A DNA stretch of 64,000 nt from Myxococcota bacterium (GCA_044344255.1 JBIJDH010000003.1:128001-192000); one strand, 5' to 3'; positions 25,877 to 37,115 are shown, counted from the stretch's first letter. A program made the numbers and translations. Notes: generated by a model from the sequence alone, not told the origin.

Positions 25877-27663
25877 GCCCCCGGCGGGCGGGGGCCCTCA
25901 TCGGGGCGGCGGCGGGGGCAGAGCTCTCCTTGCTGCTGCTCCTCTTCATCCAGGTGCAGAACCCCTGGTTCGAGGACTCTCCTGCGCTCTACCTTGGGCT
26001 CGTCGCCGCACCGTTGGCGCTGCTCTGCGCGCTCCCGGGCGTCCTCTTCGGTCCCCGCCTCTCCCCGGCCGTGGCCCGCGCCTTTGGCCGGCCGGCGGGG
26101 CTCCTCCTCGGCATGACCCTCGGCCTCGTCTTGATCCTCGGCCCCCTGTGGCCCCGCCCGAGCCCCTCGGGCCGGGTGCGCCTGCTCGTGCTCGGCCTCG
26201 ACGGCGCCACCTTCGAGCGCCTCGACGCCCTCGAGCTCCCCGCGCTCTCTCGCCTCGCGACGGAGGGGGCTCGGGCCGACCTGATGAGCATGGAGCCGAT
26301 GTTCTCGCCCCTGCTCTGGACCACGATGGCCAGCGGGAAGCCCCCCGAGCAGCACGGCATCCACGGCTTTCACGTTCAGGCCACGGACTGCAAGGCCGCG
26401 CGGTTCTGGGACGTGATGAGCGACGCCGGCCTGTCCGTGGGCACTTGGAAGTGGCTCGTCACCTACCCGCCGACCCGCCTCGCCGCCTTTCAGATCCCGG
26501 CCTGGCTCGCCCCCTCCACCGAGACCTGGCCCCCTGACTACCAATTCGTGAAGGAGATCGAGCTCTCCCGCCGCAGCCACCGCCGACAGGTCGCGCAGCG
26601 GCGCGGCACCCTCCGCCTCGCCTGGGAGGGCGTCCGCCACGGGATGCGGATGAGCACCCTCGCCCGCGCCGCGCGGTATCGCCTCTCCGAGGCCCTGCTC
26701 GGCCCCGATCCGCTGCGGAGCTACTACGAAGGGCAATTGCTTCGGGTGGAGATGGACCGCGACGTCTTCGTCTATGCCCTGCACACCACCAGCCCCGAGG
26801 TGGTGACCTTCACCGACTACGCGACCGACGCCATCGCCCACAAGTTCTGGAAGTTCCACGAGCCCGACCGCTTCCCGGGCGTCGATCCGGCCCTCGTCTC
26901 TCGCTGGGGAGAGGCCGTTAATGACAGCTACCGACAGGCCGACCAGCTCCTCGCCGAGCTCCGAGAGGAGGTGGGCCCCGGGGCGACGGTCGTGGTCCTC
27001 TCCGACCATGGCCACCGCGCGCTGACGGCGGTGGGAGAGGGGATCTACTTCACCCCCAAGACGGAGCGCCTCCAGGCTCGCCTGAGCGCCGAGGTCGGCC
27101 CCGCCGACGTCACCCGCCTCGGCCACAAGCTCGTCGTCGGCCTCACCGGGCCGGACCCCGCGGCCGAGGAGGTCGCCTTGGTCGCCTGGCTCGATCGCCT
27201 CACCCTCTCCAGCACCGGCGAGCCATTCTATCGGCTCGAAGACATCCCGGAGAACCCGCAGGCCGTCGGCCTGTCCCTGCGCCGCGAGTCTATCGGAAAG
27301 GACGAGCTCGAGCGCGCGACGGTGGGCGGAGATCCGCTCCATGACTATGTCAAGCGCGTCGAAGACGAGTCGGGCGAGCACGACGCGCGCGGGGTCTTCC
27401 TCGCCGCCGGCCCGGGCCTCGTCGCCGGTCGGTCACTGCCGGCCCTCCGCCTCTTCGACGTGGCGCCGACCCTGCTCGCCCTCGTCGGCCTCCCCGCCGC
27501 CGAGGACATGCCGGGCGCGGTCGCGGAGGGCCTCTGGGAGCGCCCGCCTGTCCTGCCCTCGCGGCCCGCGTCCTACGACCGCCTCGTCCCCCTCCGCCCG
27601 CTAGAGTCGGGAGAGGCGGGCATCAATGAGGAGCAGCTCAAGCTGCTGGGGTACATCGAGTGA
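25873..27663 (+). CDS. Membrane-anchored alkaline phosphatase superfamily (nucleotide pyrophosphatase/phosphodiesterase-like) protein
   Basis: About 3 N-terminal TM helices, LGLDGA, SPLLWTTMASG, DAIAH, LSDHG, GEH and C-terminal LKLLGYI. Confidence 0.85.
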   Translation: MSPRRAGALIGAAAGAELSLLLLLFIQVQNPWFEDSPALYLGLVAAPLALLCALPGVLFGPRLSPAVARAFGRPAGLLLGMTLGLVLILGPLWPRPSPSGRVRLLVLGLDGATFERLDALELPALSRLATEGARADLMSMEPMFSPLLWTTMASGKPPEQHGIHGFHVQATDCKAARFWDVMSDAGLSVGTWKWLVTYPPTRLAAFQIPAWLAPSTETWPPDYQFVKEIELSRRSHRRQVAQRRGTLRLAWEGVRHGMRMSTLARAARYRLSEALLGPDPLRSYYEGQLLRVEMDRDVFVYALHTTSPEVVTFTDYATDAIAHKFWKFHEPDRFPGVDPALVSRWGEAVNDSYRQADQLLAELREEVGPGATVVVLSDHGHRALTAVGEGIYFTPKTERLQARLSAEVGPADVTRLGHKLVVGLTGPDPAAEEVALVAWLDRLTLSSTGEPFYRLEDIPENPQAVGLSLRRESIGKDELERATVGGDPLHDYVKRVEDESGEHDARGVFLAAGPGLVAGRSLPALRLFDVAPTLLALVGLPAAEDMPGAVAEGLWERPPVLPSRPASYDRLVPLRPLESGEAGINEEQLKLLGYIE

Positions 27664-27832
27664 GGGTCGGATCCGGGGTGTTCACGCGGCCATTGAAGCG
27701 GCGGGGGGTGAGCTGGTCGGCAAGCTCCTGCGTGTGAGCCGGCCCCAGCGCTGAGGTGCGGTGTTGGAGTCCGCCCTCCGAATAGGCAGCCCCTGCTGCA
27801 TTGGGGTACGTCGGCCGCCGGAGGGCTCCATC

Positions 27833-28708
27833 ATGGCCAGGGTGACGGTGATCGGTGCAGGTCTGCTCGGTTCGGGCTTCGTGACAAACCTGCTCGCGAA
27901 GGGTGAGGCGGTGACGGTATGGAACCGGTCGCCGGAGAAGCTCGCGCCCCTGGTCGAGCGAGGGGCTGTGGCGGCGGCCAGCCCGGCGGAGGCGGTGCGG
28001 GGGGCCGACCGCGTCCACCTCGTGCTCTCGGAGGATGACGCCGTGGAGGCCGTCGTCGCGGCCTTCGCCGGCGCGCTCGGGGACGGGGTCTTCGTGATCG
28101 ACCACTCCACCAACGCCCCGGCCCGGGTGGCCGAGCGGCACCCGCGCCTGCGCGCCCAGGGCGTCCGCTATGTGCACGCCCCTGTCTTCATGAGCCCGGC
28201 CAACGCCCGCGAGGCCGGCGGACTGATGCTGCTGGCGGCCTCGGCGGAGGAGGCGGACGCGCTGGCGCCCCTGCTGGCGCCGATGACGGGCCGCGTGTGG
28301 TTTGTAGGCGAGCGGTGTGACCTCGCCGCTACGCTGAAGCTCACTGGGAACGGCGTGCTGCTCAGCCTCGTCGGCGTGCTCGGTGACCTCATCGCGATGG
28401 GAGAGGCCCAGGGCCTCAGCCCCGAGCAGGTGCTCTCGCTCTTCGAGGTCTTCAAGCCGGGCAATTCCTTCGGCTTCTTTGGCTCCCGCGCCGCTCGAAA
28501 GGGGGCGGGGCCCGCGAGCTTCGAGCTGCAGATGGCCCGGAAGGACCTCCGGTTGATGCTCGAGGCGGCGGGCGGTCCCGATGACCTCGTCATCCTCCCC
28601 GCGGTAGCGGCGGCGATGGATCGGGCGCTGGAGGAGGGGCACGCCCACAAGGATTACAGCGTCTATGCGTGGCCGCGCGGCCGCCACGGCGCGCCGGGCC
28701 AGGGCTGA
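27833..28708 (+). CDS. NAD(P)-dependent oxidoreductase, 3-hydroxyisobutyrate/6PGDH-like family
   Basis: GAGLLG Rossmann motif, VWNRS, IDHST, KLTGN and MARKDL. Confidence 0.9.
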   Translation: MARVTVIGAGLLGSGFVTNLLAKGEAVTVWNRSPEKLAPLVERGAVAAASPAEAVRGADRVHLVLSEDDAVEAVVAAFAGALGDGVFVIDHSTNAPARVAERHPRLRAQGVRYVHAPVFMSPANAREAGGLMLLAASAEEADALAPLLAPMTGRVWFVGERCDLAATLKLTGNGVLLSLVGVLGDLIAMGEAQGLSPEQVLSLFEVFKPGNSFGFFGSRAARKGAGPASFELQMARKDLRLMLEAAGGPDDLVILPAVAAAMDRALEEGHAHKDYSVYAWPRGRHGAPGQG

Positions 28709-28716
28709 GCGAGCGG

Positions 28717-29934
28717 GTGGAGCGCCCGACGCCGCCTGTCCTGTCCCGGGGCCGCTTGCTCGGCCTCGTGGGGGCGCTGTATTTCGCCCAGGGCATGCCC
28801 GCGGGCGTCGTCACCGAGCTCATCCCGGTCTGGCTGAAGGATCGCGGCACGTCTCTTCAGGACATCGGGCTGGCCAGCTTGATCGGGCTCCCCTGGACCC
28901 TCAAGCCGCTCTGGGCCCCCCTGGTGGACCGCTACGGGAGCGCCGGGCGGTGGGTCGGCGGCGCGCTGTTCACCATCGCCGCGCTCCTGCTGCTGCTCCC
29001 CCAGGTGGCCGACCGGCCCGCCCTCCTGTGGCCGCTGCTGGTGGGGATCGTGCTGGCCTCGGCCACCCAGGACATCGCCATTGACGGCTTCACCGCCACG
29101 GTGGCGCCGCCCGCAGAGCATGGGCGAGTCAACGGGGTCCGGGTCGCGGCCTACCGGGGCGCGCTGCTGGTCGCGGGCGGCGGGGCGGTCGCGCTCGGCG
29201 GCAGCCTGCCCTGGGCGGTGGTCTTCGCGCTCTTGGGCGGTCTCGCGCTGCTGCTCGCGCTCCCCACCCTGTTGCTGCCGGTGATCCCGCGGGCCCGTGT
29301 GGGGTGGGGGGACTTCGCGGGCGGCCTTTGGGCGTGGGCCAGCCGAGACGGCGCCGCGCGTGGCCTCGGCCTCGTGGCCTTCCTCGTGTTGTTCAAGCTC
29401 GGCGACGCGGCGATGGGGCCGATGGTCAAGCCCTTTTGGATGGATGTCGGCCTCGGTGTAGAGGAGATCGGCTTCATCTCGATCACGCTCGGCGCGGCGC
29501 TCACCGTCGGCGGAGCGATGGCCGGCGGTGAGCTCGTCAGCCGCCTGGGGCTCTTCCGGGGCCTTTGGATGCTCGGCCTCGCGCAGGGGGCGAGCAACCT
29601 CGGCTATGCCGTGGTGGCGCTTGAGCCCTCGCGCGCAGGGGTCTATTTCGCCAGCGTGGTCGAGAGCTTCAGCAGCGGCCTCGGGACCGCCGCCTTCCTG
29701 GCGACCCTCACCCGCCTCTGTGACGGCGAGCAGGCCGCCACCCGCTTCGCCCTGCTCACCGCGCTGGGGATGATCGCCCGCACGATCGCGGGGGCGGTCT
29801 CGGGCTATGGCGCTGCAGGCTGGGGGTACCCGACCTGGTTCGCGTTCACCTTTGTGCTCTCGCTACCAGCATTTCTGCTCCTCCCGGTGGTCCGCGAACG
29901 GCTGCGTGGCTCCGGCGACGGAACGCAGGTGTGA
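28717..29934 (+). CDS. AmpG-like MFS permease
   Basis: LYFAQGMP, LPWTLKPLWAPLVDR, SATQDIAIDG and FKLGD. About 12 TM helices. Start uncertain. Confidence 0.88.
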   Translation: MERPTPPVLSRGRLLGLVGALYFAQGMPAGVVTELIPVWLKDRGTSLQDIGLASLIGLPWTLKPLWAPLVDRYGSAGRWVGGALFTIAALLLLLPQVADRPALLWPLLVGIVLASATQDIAIDGFTATVAPPAEHGRVNGVRVAAYRGALLVAGGGAVALGGSLPWAVVFALLGGLALLLALPTLLLPVIPRARVGWGDFAGGLWAWASRDGAARGLGLVAFLVLFKLGDAAMGPMVKPFWMDVGLGVEEIGFISITLGAALTVGGAMAGGELVSRLGLFRGLWMLGLAQGASNLGYAVVALEPSRAGVYFASVVESFSSGLGTAAFLATLTRLCDGEQAATRFALLTALGMIARTIAGAVSGYGAAGWGYPTWFAFTFVLSLPAFLLLPVVRERLRGSGDGTQV

Positions 29935-30012
29935 ACATGCTTTGCACATGGCTTGTGCATGAGATATCCTTCCGGTGCTGACGACTTCCGGTGCTTCGAG
30001 CCTTCCGGGATC

Positions 30013-30054
30013 TTGACTGTTCCGACAGGTTGATTATTTCGAAGGTTAGGAATA
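30013..30054 (+). promoter_or_regulatory. Sigma70-like promoter with an overlapping palindromic operator upstream of marR
   Basis: TTGACT (30013-30018), then an AT-rich imperfect palindrome TATTTCGAAGGTTAGGAATA (30035-30054) immediately before the ATG. Confidence 0.5.
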
Positions 30055-30062
30055 TCCGTCCC

Positions 30063-30536
30063 ATGGTTGAAGCTGCCCCGGTCCCCGATCGCCTCGCCCT
30101 GCTGCTGGAGCAGCTCCTCGGCTTGTTGCACAGCAACATGGCGGGGGAGACGCTGATGATCATGCACGAGTCCGGTCTGACGATGCCGCAGATCGTGGCG
30201 ATGCACGTGCTCCGGCACCACGGCGCACAGTCGATCAGCTCGCTGCAGGACTTCCTCGGCCTCTCGGCCAGCGCCACCAGCCACCTCGTCGATCGCCTTG
30301 TGGAGCATGGCAGCGTGGCGCGCTCGGAGGACCCCGGTGATCGGCGCCAAAAGCGGGTCGAGCTCCGCCCGCAGGGGCACGCGCTGCTGGGCCGCCTCTC
30401 CGAGGCCCGCCTCCGAGAGCTGGGGGGTGTCTTGACCCAGCTCGACCCGGCCCTGCAGGCCCAGCTCGCCGAGATCATGCAGCGGGCGATCGCCAACCTC
30501 CAGGCGGCGCTCCCCGCTCCTCGACTCCCCTGCTGA
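30063..30536 (+). CDS. MarR family transcriptional regulator
   Basis: GLTMPQ...LSASATSHLVDRLV...DRRQKRV. Confidence 0.92.
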   Translation: MVEAAPVPDRLALLLEQLLGLLHSNMAGETLMIMHESGLTMPQIVAMHVLRHHGAQSISSLQDFLGLSASATSHLVDRLVEHGSVARSEDPGDRRQKRVELRPQGHALLGRLSEARLRELGGVLTQLDPALQAQLAEIMQRAIANLQAALPAPRLPC

Positions 30537-30593
30537 CCGTTCTCCGCTCCGGCCTTTGCCGCTGATCCCTGAACTTCGTTCCTGGAAGGTCTC

Positions 30594-31283
30594 ATGCCCC
30601 CCATCGTCCAGATTCAGAACGTCACGAAGGACTACCCGCTCGGTAAGCTCACCGTCCGCGCCCTCCGCGGGGTCGACCTCGTGATCGAGAAGGGCGAGTT
30701 CCTCGCGATCGCTGGGCCCTCCGGCAGTGGAAAGACGACGTTGCTCAACCTGATCGGCTGCGTCGACGTACCGACCTCCGGCGACGTGTTGGTGGACGGT
30801 CACGCCACGGCGCGGCTCAACGATCGGGAGCTCACGAAGCTCCGACTCTTTCATATCGGGTTCATCTTTCAGAGCTTTAATCTGATAAACGTGCTGGATG
30901 TTTATCAGAATGTCGAGTTCCCGCTGCTGCTGCAGGGGACGCTGAGCGCCGGGGAGCGGCGACTGCGGGTCGAGGCCCTCGTCGACCGGGTCGGCCTCGC
31001 CGGCCAGCTGCACCAGCGGCCGAACGAGCTGTCGGGCGGCCAGCGGCAGCGGGTGGCCATCGCGCGCGCTCTGGTCACCAAGCCTTCGCTCATCCTCGCC
31101 GACGAGCCCACGGCGAACCTCGACTCTGTGACCGGTGACTCCATCATTGACCTCATGCGCGGCATGAACGAGAGCGAGAAGACCACCTTCATCTTCTCGA
31201 CCCACGACCACCACGTCATGGCCGCCGCCCGTCGGATCGTGCGCATCGCCGACGGGAAGGTCGTAACCGGGGAAGCGTCATGA
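30594..31283 (+). CDS. ABC transporter ATP-binding protein (LolD/MacB-like)
   Basis: [23 protein letters not shown] and STHD. Confidence 0.95.
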   Translation: MPPIVQIQNVTKDYPLGKLTVRALRGVDLVIEKGEFLAIAGPSGSGKTTLLNLIGCVDVPTSGDVLVDGHATARLNDRELTKLRLFHIGFIFQSFNLINVLDVYQNVEFPLLLQGTLSAGERRLRVEALVDRVGLAGQLHQRPNELSGGQRQRVAIARALVTKPSLILADEPTANLDSVTGDSIIDLMRGMNESEKTTFIFSTHDHHVMAAARRIVRIADGKVVTGEAS

Positions 31284-33382
31284 ACGGTCTCCGCCTCGCC
31301 CTCCTCCTCGCGGTTCGAAACCTGGGCGCTCACAAGGTCAAGAGCGCCATCGTGGGCACGATCCTCTTCGTGGGCACCTTCTTCATCGTGGTCGGGAGCT
31401 CGCTGCTCGACAGCATCCAGACGGGGATGGAGCGGAACATCACCTCTTCTGTGGCGGGAAATCTCCAGATCTACTCCGAGACCGCGAAGGACGAACTCGC
31501 GATCTTCGGCGGCATGAGCTTCGGCGCCTCCGACCTCGGTGACATCCCCGATTTCGACAAGGTAGCAGGCCCGATCTCGAAGCTTGACAACGTCGCCGCC
31601 GTGGTGCCGATGGGCATCGTGAACGGGACCGTGTTCGGCCAGAACGACATCGACGTGGTGTTGAACGGACTCCGCGCCGCGGTGGCCGCCGGGGACACCG
31701 TGCGTCAGGACGTGCTCATCGGGCGGGTCCGCCGGATCGTGTCTACGCTCGGCGGTGAGCTCGACAACCGCGCCGCGCTGGTGGCCGACAAGGCCAAGCT
31801 GGCGCGAGACAAGGAGGCCCTGACCGAGGCCGGCTCAGACGCCTTCTGGGAGGGCTTCAAGGCCGCGCCGCTGCCGGCTCTCGACTTCCTCGACGGTCGA
31901 ATCGCCCCGCTCGCGACCGACGGGCGCTTGCTGTACATGCGCTTGATCGGCACGGACCTGCCTACGTTCACAAAGACCTTCGATCGGTTCTACGTGGTGG
32001 ATGGTGAGGCGGTCCCGCCCGGCCAGCCGGGCGTGCTCATCAGCAAGCGCACCTACGAGAAGCTGGTCAAGAACAAGATCGCCCGCGACATCGACTCCAT
32101 TTGGAAAGAGTGGAAGGACGACGGCACGCGGATCAGCGAGGATCGCGGTCTCCAGGAGGAGGTGTCCCGGCTGGCCCGGCAGTATCAGCGAATCACCTTC
32201 CAGGTGAACCCGTCGGAGGTCCCGGCCCTGGTCGCCAAGCTGAAGGCAATCCTCCCCGAGGCCGGCACGGACGACCTCTCCGAGCTCACCCAGAGCTTCC
32301 TTGCCTTCGACGACTCGAACATCGAGGCGCGGCACGCCTTCTTCTACGAGAGTATCGCGCCGCTCATCCGCCTCTATGACTTCCCCGTCGGCTCGGAGAT
32401 CACGCTCCGTTCGTTCACAAACTCCGGCTACCTCCGCTCGGTGAACGTAAAGGTCTATGGGACCTACGAGTTCAAGGGGCAGGAGAAGTCCGACCTCGGC
32501 TCGGCCCTCAACCTCGTAGATCTCGACACCTTCCGCTCGCTGTACGGCAAGATGTCGAGCGCCCAGATGGCCGAGCTGGCCGACATTCGCAGCGAGGTGG
32601 GCGTCAAGGACATCAGCCGCGAGGACGCCGAGGACGAGCTCTTCGGCAGCGGGTCGATCGAGGTCCCCTCTGAGGCCCCGTCGGAGGTCGCGCCGACCGA
32701 GGGGGCCCCCGCCGAGGCCCTGGCGCCCTCGCCCGCCGGCGAGGCCCCGGTCCCGGTGGCGGCTCTCGCCGCGGCTCCCGCGGACGACGGTGGATCGCTG
32801 GCGATCAACGCGGCCATCGTGCTGAAAGATCCCTCCAAGACCAAGGAGACCCAGGCCGCCATCGAGGCCCTTTCGAAGGCGGAGGGCCTGGGCGTGCAGG
32901 TCATCGACTGGCAGGAGGCGGCGGGTCTGCTCGGGCAGCTCGTCACGGTGGTGCGCGGCGTGCTCGTCGCCCTGCTGCTGGTGATCTTCATCGTCGCGCT
33001 GTTCATCATCAACAACACGACCGTGATGGCGACGATGGACCGTGTGGGCGAGATCGGCACGATGCGGGCCATCGGCGCCCCTCGGGCGCTCGTGGTGCTG
33101 CTCTTCCTCTTCGAGACGGCGGCCCTCGGCCTCGTCGCCGGCGGGCTCGGGGCGGCCGCTGGGGCCGGCCTGGTCCTGTTCTGGGGGCAGATCGGCCTGC
33201 CGGCAGGGGCAGACTTCCTCGTCTTCATCTTCGCCGGGCCGAGGCTCTACCCGACCGTCGGCCCCGAGCACATCGCCATCGGCATCGCCTCTGTGCTGAT
33301 GGTGGCCTTGGTGAGCGCGGCCTATCCGGCGCTGCTGGCCTCGCGCATCGCCCCGATCGTCGCCATGCAGGGCAAGGAGTGA
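31280..33382 (+). CDS. FtsX/LolCE-type ABC permease with a very large periplasmic domain
   Basis: One N-terminal TM helix, a large soluble region, and C-terminal FtsX-type [12 protein letters not shown] with 3 TM helices. Confidence 0.88.
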   Translation: MNGLRLALLLAVRNLGAHKVKSAIVGTILFVGTFFIVVGSSLLDSIQTGMERNITSSVAGNLQIYSETAKDELAIFGGMSFGASDLGDIPDFDKVAGPISKLDNVAAVVPMGIVNGTVFGQNDIDVVLNGLRAAVAAGDTVRQDVLIGRVRRIVSTLGGELDNRAALVADKAKLARDKEALTEAGSDAFWEGFKAAPLPALDFLDGRIAPLATDGRLLYMRLIGTDLPTFTKTFDRFYVVDGEAVPPGQPGVLISKRTYEKLVKNKIARDIDSIWKEWKDDGTRISEDRGLQEEVSRLARQYQRITFQVNPSEVPALVAKLKAILPEAGTDDLSELTQSFLAFDDSNIEARHAFFYESIAPLIRLYDFPVGSEITLRSFTNSGYLRSVNVKVYGTYEFKGQEKSDLGSALNLVDLDTFRSLYGKMSSAQMAELADIRSEVGVKDISREDAEDELFGSGSIEVPSEAPSEVAPTEGAPAEALAPSPAGEAPVPVAALAAAPADDGGSLAINAAIVLKDPSKTKETQAAIEALSKAEGLGVQVIDWQEAAGLLGQLVTVVRGVLVALLLVIFIVALFIINNTTVMATMDRVGEIGTMRAIGAPRALVVLLFLFETAALGLVAGGLGAAAGAGLVLFWGQIGLPAGADFLVFIFAGPRLYPTVGPEHIAIGIASVLMVALVSAAYPALLASRIAPIVAMQGKE

Positions 33383-34728
33383 ACATGCAGATCATCTTTA
33401 CGATCGCGCTCCGCAACCTCATCGGCGCCCGCCGTCGCACCGCCTTGCTCAGCATGGCGGTGGGCACGGTGACGATGATGCTCGTGCTCATGTTCAGCCT
33501 GTCGGCGGGCATCGAGGACAACCTCGTCTCGGCGGCCACGACCCTCGCCACCGGCCACGTCAACGTGGCGGGCTTCTACAAGTCCACGCCGGGGGAGGCC
33601 ATCCCCGTGGTCACCAAGCTCTCGGAGGTCAAGAAGATCGTCGAGGAGAACACGCCGGGCATCGACTATGTCATCGACCGCCAGCGCGGCTGGGGCAAGG
33701 TGATCAGCGACACGGGCTCGATTCAGGCCGGCCTCAACGGCATCGACGCCAAGCAGGAGTCCCGCTTCTTCGAGAAGCTGCGCCTCGCGCCGCTCTCGGA
33801 CTATGTCGAGGGGGGTGGCTCCGAGCTGGAGGGGGACACCCGAAAGCTCAGCGAGCCGCACTCGGTCGTGCTCTTCGCCAGCCAGGCCAAGCGGATCGGC
33901 GTGCGGGTGGGCGACAGCATCACCGTGCAGACCGAGACCTTCGGCGGGCGGACCAACACGGTGGACGCCACCGTGGTCGCCGTGGCGAAGGACCAGGGAC
34001 TGCTCAGCAACTGGACGGTGTTCATCCCCCGAGCGGACGCGGTCGAGCTCTATCAGTTTGATGAGGACACCTCCGGGGCGCTCTGGATCTACCTGAAGGA
34101 CATCGACCAGGCCGAGGCCGTGATGGTGCAGCTCCGCGAGGTGCTGGCCGCCAAGGGGTACGGCATCATGGAGCACGAGGAGAAGCCCTTCTACATGAAG
34201 TTCGAGACGGTCCAAGGTGAAGACTGGACCGGCCAGAGGCTCGATCTCACCATCTGGAAGGACGAGGTCTCCTTCCTCACCTACATCTTGAAGGGCTTCA
34301 ACCTGCTCACCTCGGGCCTCATCGCGATCCTCGTCGCGCTCATCGTCGTGGGCATCTCGAACACCATGTGGAACGTGGTGCGGGAGCGCACGAAGGAGAT
34401 CGGCACGATGCGGGCGATCGGCATGGGCAGCGGCCGCGTGCTGGTGCTCATCCTGCTCGAGGCGGTGCTGCTCGGACTCGTGGCCACCACCGGCGGGGCG
34501 ATCCTCGGCGCGCTGGTCGCCGCGGGGGTCAACGCCATCGGCATCGAGGTCAGCAATGTGGCCTTCCAGAGCATCCTCCTGGCCGACCGCGTCCGCCTGA
34601 GCGTCCATGCGAGCTCGCTCATCGGCTCGATCGGCGCGCTGAGCCTCGTCACTGGCCTCGCCGCCATCTGGCCCGCGATCCGCGGCGCCTCTGTCCCCCC
34701 TGTCACCGCCATCCAGACTGTGGAGTGA
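33379..34728 (+). CDS. FtsX/LolCE-type ABC permease
   Basis: IALRNL...RTAL and [13 protein letters not shown]. 4-TM topology. Confidence 0.9.
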   Translation: MNMQIIFTIALRNLIGARRRTALLSMAVGTVTMMLVLMFSLSAGIEDNLVSAATTLATGHVNVAGFYKSTPGEAIPVVTKLSEVKKIVEENTPGIDYVIDRQRGWGKVISDTGSIQAGLNGIDAKQESRFFEKLRLAPLSDYVEGGGSELEGDTRKLSEPHSVVLFASQAKRIGVRVGDSITVQTETFGGRTNTVDATVVAVAKDQGLLSNWTVFIPRADAVELYQFDEDTSGALWIYLKDIDQAEAVMVQLREVLAAKGYGIMEHEEKPFYMKFETVQGEDWTGQRLDLTIWKDEVSFLTYILKGFNLLTSGLIAILVALIVVGISNTMWNVVRERTKEIGTMRAIGMGSGRVLVLILLEAVLLGLVATTGGAILGALVAAGVNAIGIEVSNVAFQSILLADRVRLSVHASSLIGSIGALSLVTGLAAIWPAIRGASVPPVTAIQTVE

Positions 34729-34733
34729 CCCTC

Positions 34734-35573
34734 ATGGCACCGCACCGTGGAGCGCCAGTCCGCTCCTCCCGTCCCTTCTCCTCTGGTTCGCTCCGGACCC
34801 TCGCCCTCGGCTTGGCGATGCTCTTCCCGAGCCTCCTGGCCTCCGGCGACGCGCTAGCCGCCCCGACCGCCGGGGAGATGGTGGGCTGGCTCAAGACCGT
34901 CGATGACCGCCAGCAGAACAACGGCGACTACCACAGCACCTTCTTCCTCGAGCAGAAAGAGGCCGGCAAGAGCGATCTTGTCTATCAGGGTGACGTCTAT
35001 CGCCGCGACGTGTCGGACAAGCTGGTGATCCTCTTCTCGAAGCCCCAGGCCGAGGCGGGGAAGGGCTACCTTCGGGTAGACGACAACCTCTTCTTCTATG
35101 ACCCGACGGTGGGCAAGTGGGAGCGGCGCACCGAGCGGGAGCGTATCGGGGGCACCTCGTCCCAACGGCAGGACTTCGATCAGTCCCGCCTCGCCGAGGA
35201 GTTCGATCCGGTCTATGTCGCATCCGAGAAGCTCGGTCAATACACGGTCGACCACCTGAAGCTCACCGCCAAGGCGGGGGTGGACGTCGCCTATCCCATC
35301 GTCGAGCTGTGGATCGACCACGCCACCAATAACGTGCTGAAGCGACAGGACTTTGCCCTCTCGAACAAGCTGATGCGCACGACCCTTTACCCGAAGTGGG
35401 ACAAGGCGATGAGCGCCACAAAGAAGGCGGAGGTCTACTTCCCGAAGGAGATCCGCATCTACGACGAGGTGCAGAAGGGCAACCAGACCACCGTGGTGAT
35501 GCAGAAGGTCGACCTCACTGCGCAAGAGGACACCATCTTCTCCAAGGCCTGGCTCGAGAGCAAGTCCCGATGA
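34734..35573 (+). CDS. Outer membrane lipoprotein-sorting (LolA-like) protein
   Basis: Signal peptide. ILFSKP.AEAGKGYLR.DDNLFFYDP, GTSSQRQDF and VAYP motifs. Context after LolCDE-like genes. Confidence 0.8.
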   Translation: MAPHRGAPVRSSRPFSSGSLRTLALGLAMLFPSLLASGDALAAPTAGEMVGWLKTVDDRQQNNGDYHSTFFLEQKEAGKSDLVYQGDVYRRDVSDKLVILFSKPQAEAGKGYLRVDDNLFFYDPTVGKWERRTERERIGGTSSQRQDFDQSRLAEEFDPVYVASEKLGQYTVDHLKLTAKAGVDVAYPIVELWIDHATNNVLKRQDFALSNKLMRTTLYPKWDKAMSATKKAEVYFPKEIRIYDEVQKGNQTTVVMQKVDLTAQEDTIFSKAWLESKSR

Positions 35574-37087
35574 GCCCGCTCTGGCTGGCCCTCCACGCGG
35601 CGGCCTGGGCGGCTCCAGAGGAGGCGCCTCCGGCGGAGACGACCCCGTCTCAGGCGGAGGAGGACGCGCTGTTCGGCGGGGGAGGGGAGGTCACTCCTGC
35701 GGCGGACACGCTCGTCCCGCCGGCCGACGCCGCTCCGCTGCTCACCGGGGACCGGGACGGCGACGTGCTCTCCGGCGCCGGCATCGATCAGGCCGGCATG
35801 CTCGACAAGCTGCTCTTGGCCGATGACCGATTGACGGTGGGCGGACAGCTCTATCTGCGAGCCAACCTCTCGGCGCCGGTGGAGCCGGAGCTCGAGGATG
35901 TCACCCTCTCCACCCCGAACCTGCTCGACCTCTTCCTGGACGGTCGCCCGAACGACCGGGTGCGGGCCTTCGCCCAGGCGCGGCTCGCCCACGATGCGTC
36001 GATCTCGGCGGACGGGGTGAACACATTCGGACAGACCGTGCAGCGGAGCAAGGTCACCCTGGATCAGGCCTGGCTGAAATTCGACATCGGCCGGCGGCTC
36101 TATGTCACTGCGGGCCAGCAGCGGATCAAGTGGGGAGCGGGGCGCTTCTGGAACCCGACCGACTTCATGAACCAGCAGAAGCTCGACGCGCTCGCGGCCT
36201 ATGACGAGCGCACTGGGGTCGGGCTCGTCAAGCTCCACCTCCCCCTCGAGGACATCGGAACAAACCTCTACCTTGTCGGGAACATCGACGGGGCCGATCA
36301 CCTGGACGAGGTCGGCGGCGCCCTGCGGGCTGAGGTCTTGCTCGGCAACACTGAGCTCAGCACGACGGCGGCCCTCCGAAAGGACCAGCCCACCCGCCTC
36401 GGCCTCGACCTCTCGAGCGGCCTCTGGATCTTTGACGTCCACGCCGAGGGGGCCGTGCAGCACGGCAACACCCAGCCCTTCTATGAAGGGGAGCTCGACC
36501 TCGAGGGCTTCCAGTTCCCCGAGACGGTGAGCCGGGAGGATGATTGGATCCCCCAGGTGAACGCGGGCGCCGAGGTCACCTTCAAATATTCGGACCAGGA
36601 CACCTTCTCGGTCGGGGCCGAGTATTTCTTCAATGACGCCGGCTATGACGACAAGGGGATCTACCCCTGGCTCCTGTTCGGGGAGTCGGTGACCTGCGCG
36701 GTGGACAACCTCGCCGACGCCGCTGCGGCCGAGGCCTGCGTCGAGCAGGCCGGCTCCCAGTACACGCCCTTCTACGTGGGGAGGCAGTACGCGGCGGTCT
36801 ACGGCTACGTCCCGAACCCGGGCGCCTGGAACCACACGAGCTTCACCGTGAGCGGGATCATGAACCTGTCGGATCGGAGCGGTGTCGTCCGCATCGACCA
36901 CAGCGTCACGGTGCTGACCTACCTCACCGTCAACACCTATGTCTCGGGCCGGGTGGGCGAGGCGGGCGGTGAGTTCAAGTATTCGCTCTCCATCCCCGCG
37001 GTGCCCGGCGTGAGCGGCCTCGAGGAGGGCTTCGACATCGCGGCGCCGCTCGGGGAGGTCGGGGTCGGCGCCCGCCTCAAGTTCTGA
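35570..37087 (+). CDS. Putative outer membrane beta-barrel protein
   Basis: Signal peptide, GQQRIKWG.G.FWNPTD motif, alternating beta-strand pattern and C-terminal Phe (ARLKF). Confidence 0.75.
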   Translation: MSPLWLALHAAAWAAPEEAPPAETTPSQAEEDALFGGGGEVTPAADTLVPPADAAPLLTGDRDGDVLSGAGIDQAGMLDKLLLADDRLTVGGQLYLRANLSAPVEPELEDVTLSTPNLLDLFLDGRPNDRVRAFAQARLAHDASISADGVNTFGQTVQRSKVTLDQAWLKFDIGRRLYVTAGQQRIKWGAGRFWNPTDFMNQQKLDALAAYDERTGVGLVKLHLPLEDIGTNLYLVGNIDGADHLDEVGGALRAEVLLGNTELSTTAALRKDQPTRLGLDLSSGLWIFDVHAEGAVQHGNTQPFYEGELDLEGFQFPETVSREDDWIPQVNAGAEVTFKYSDQDTFSVGAEYFFNDAGYDDKGIYPWLLFGESVTCAVDNLADAAAAEACVEQAGSQYTPFYVGRQYAAVYGYVPNPGAWNHTSFTVSGIMNLSDRSGVVRIDHSVTVLTYLTVNTYVSGRVGEAGGEFKYSLSIPAVPGVSGLEEGFDIAAPLGEVGVGARLKF

Positions 37088-37115
37088 CGGGCCCGGCGGC
37101 GGCGGGGGTCGGGGC

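Noticed and set aside
27664..27832. Intergenic gap examined for tRNA or sRNA
   Set aside because: No cloverleaf, T-loop motif or convincing stem found.
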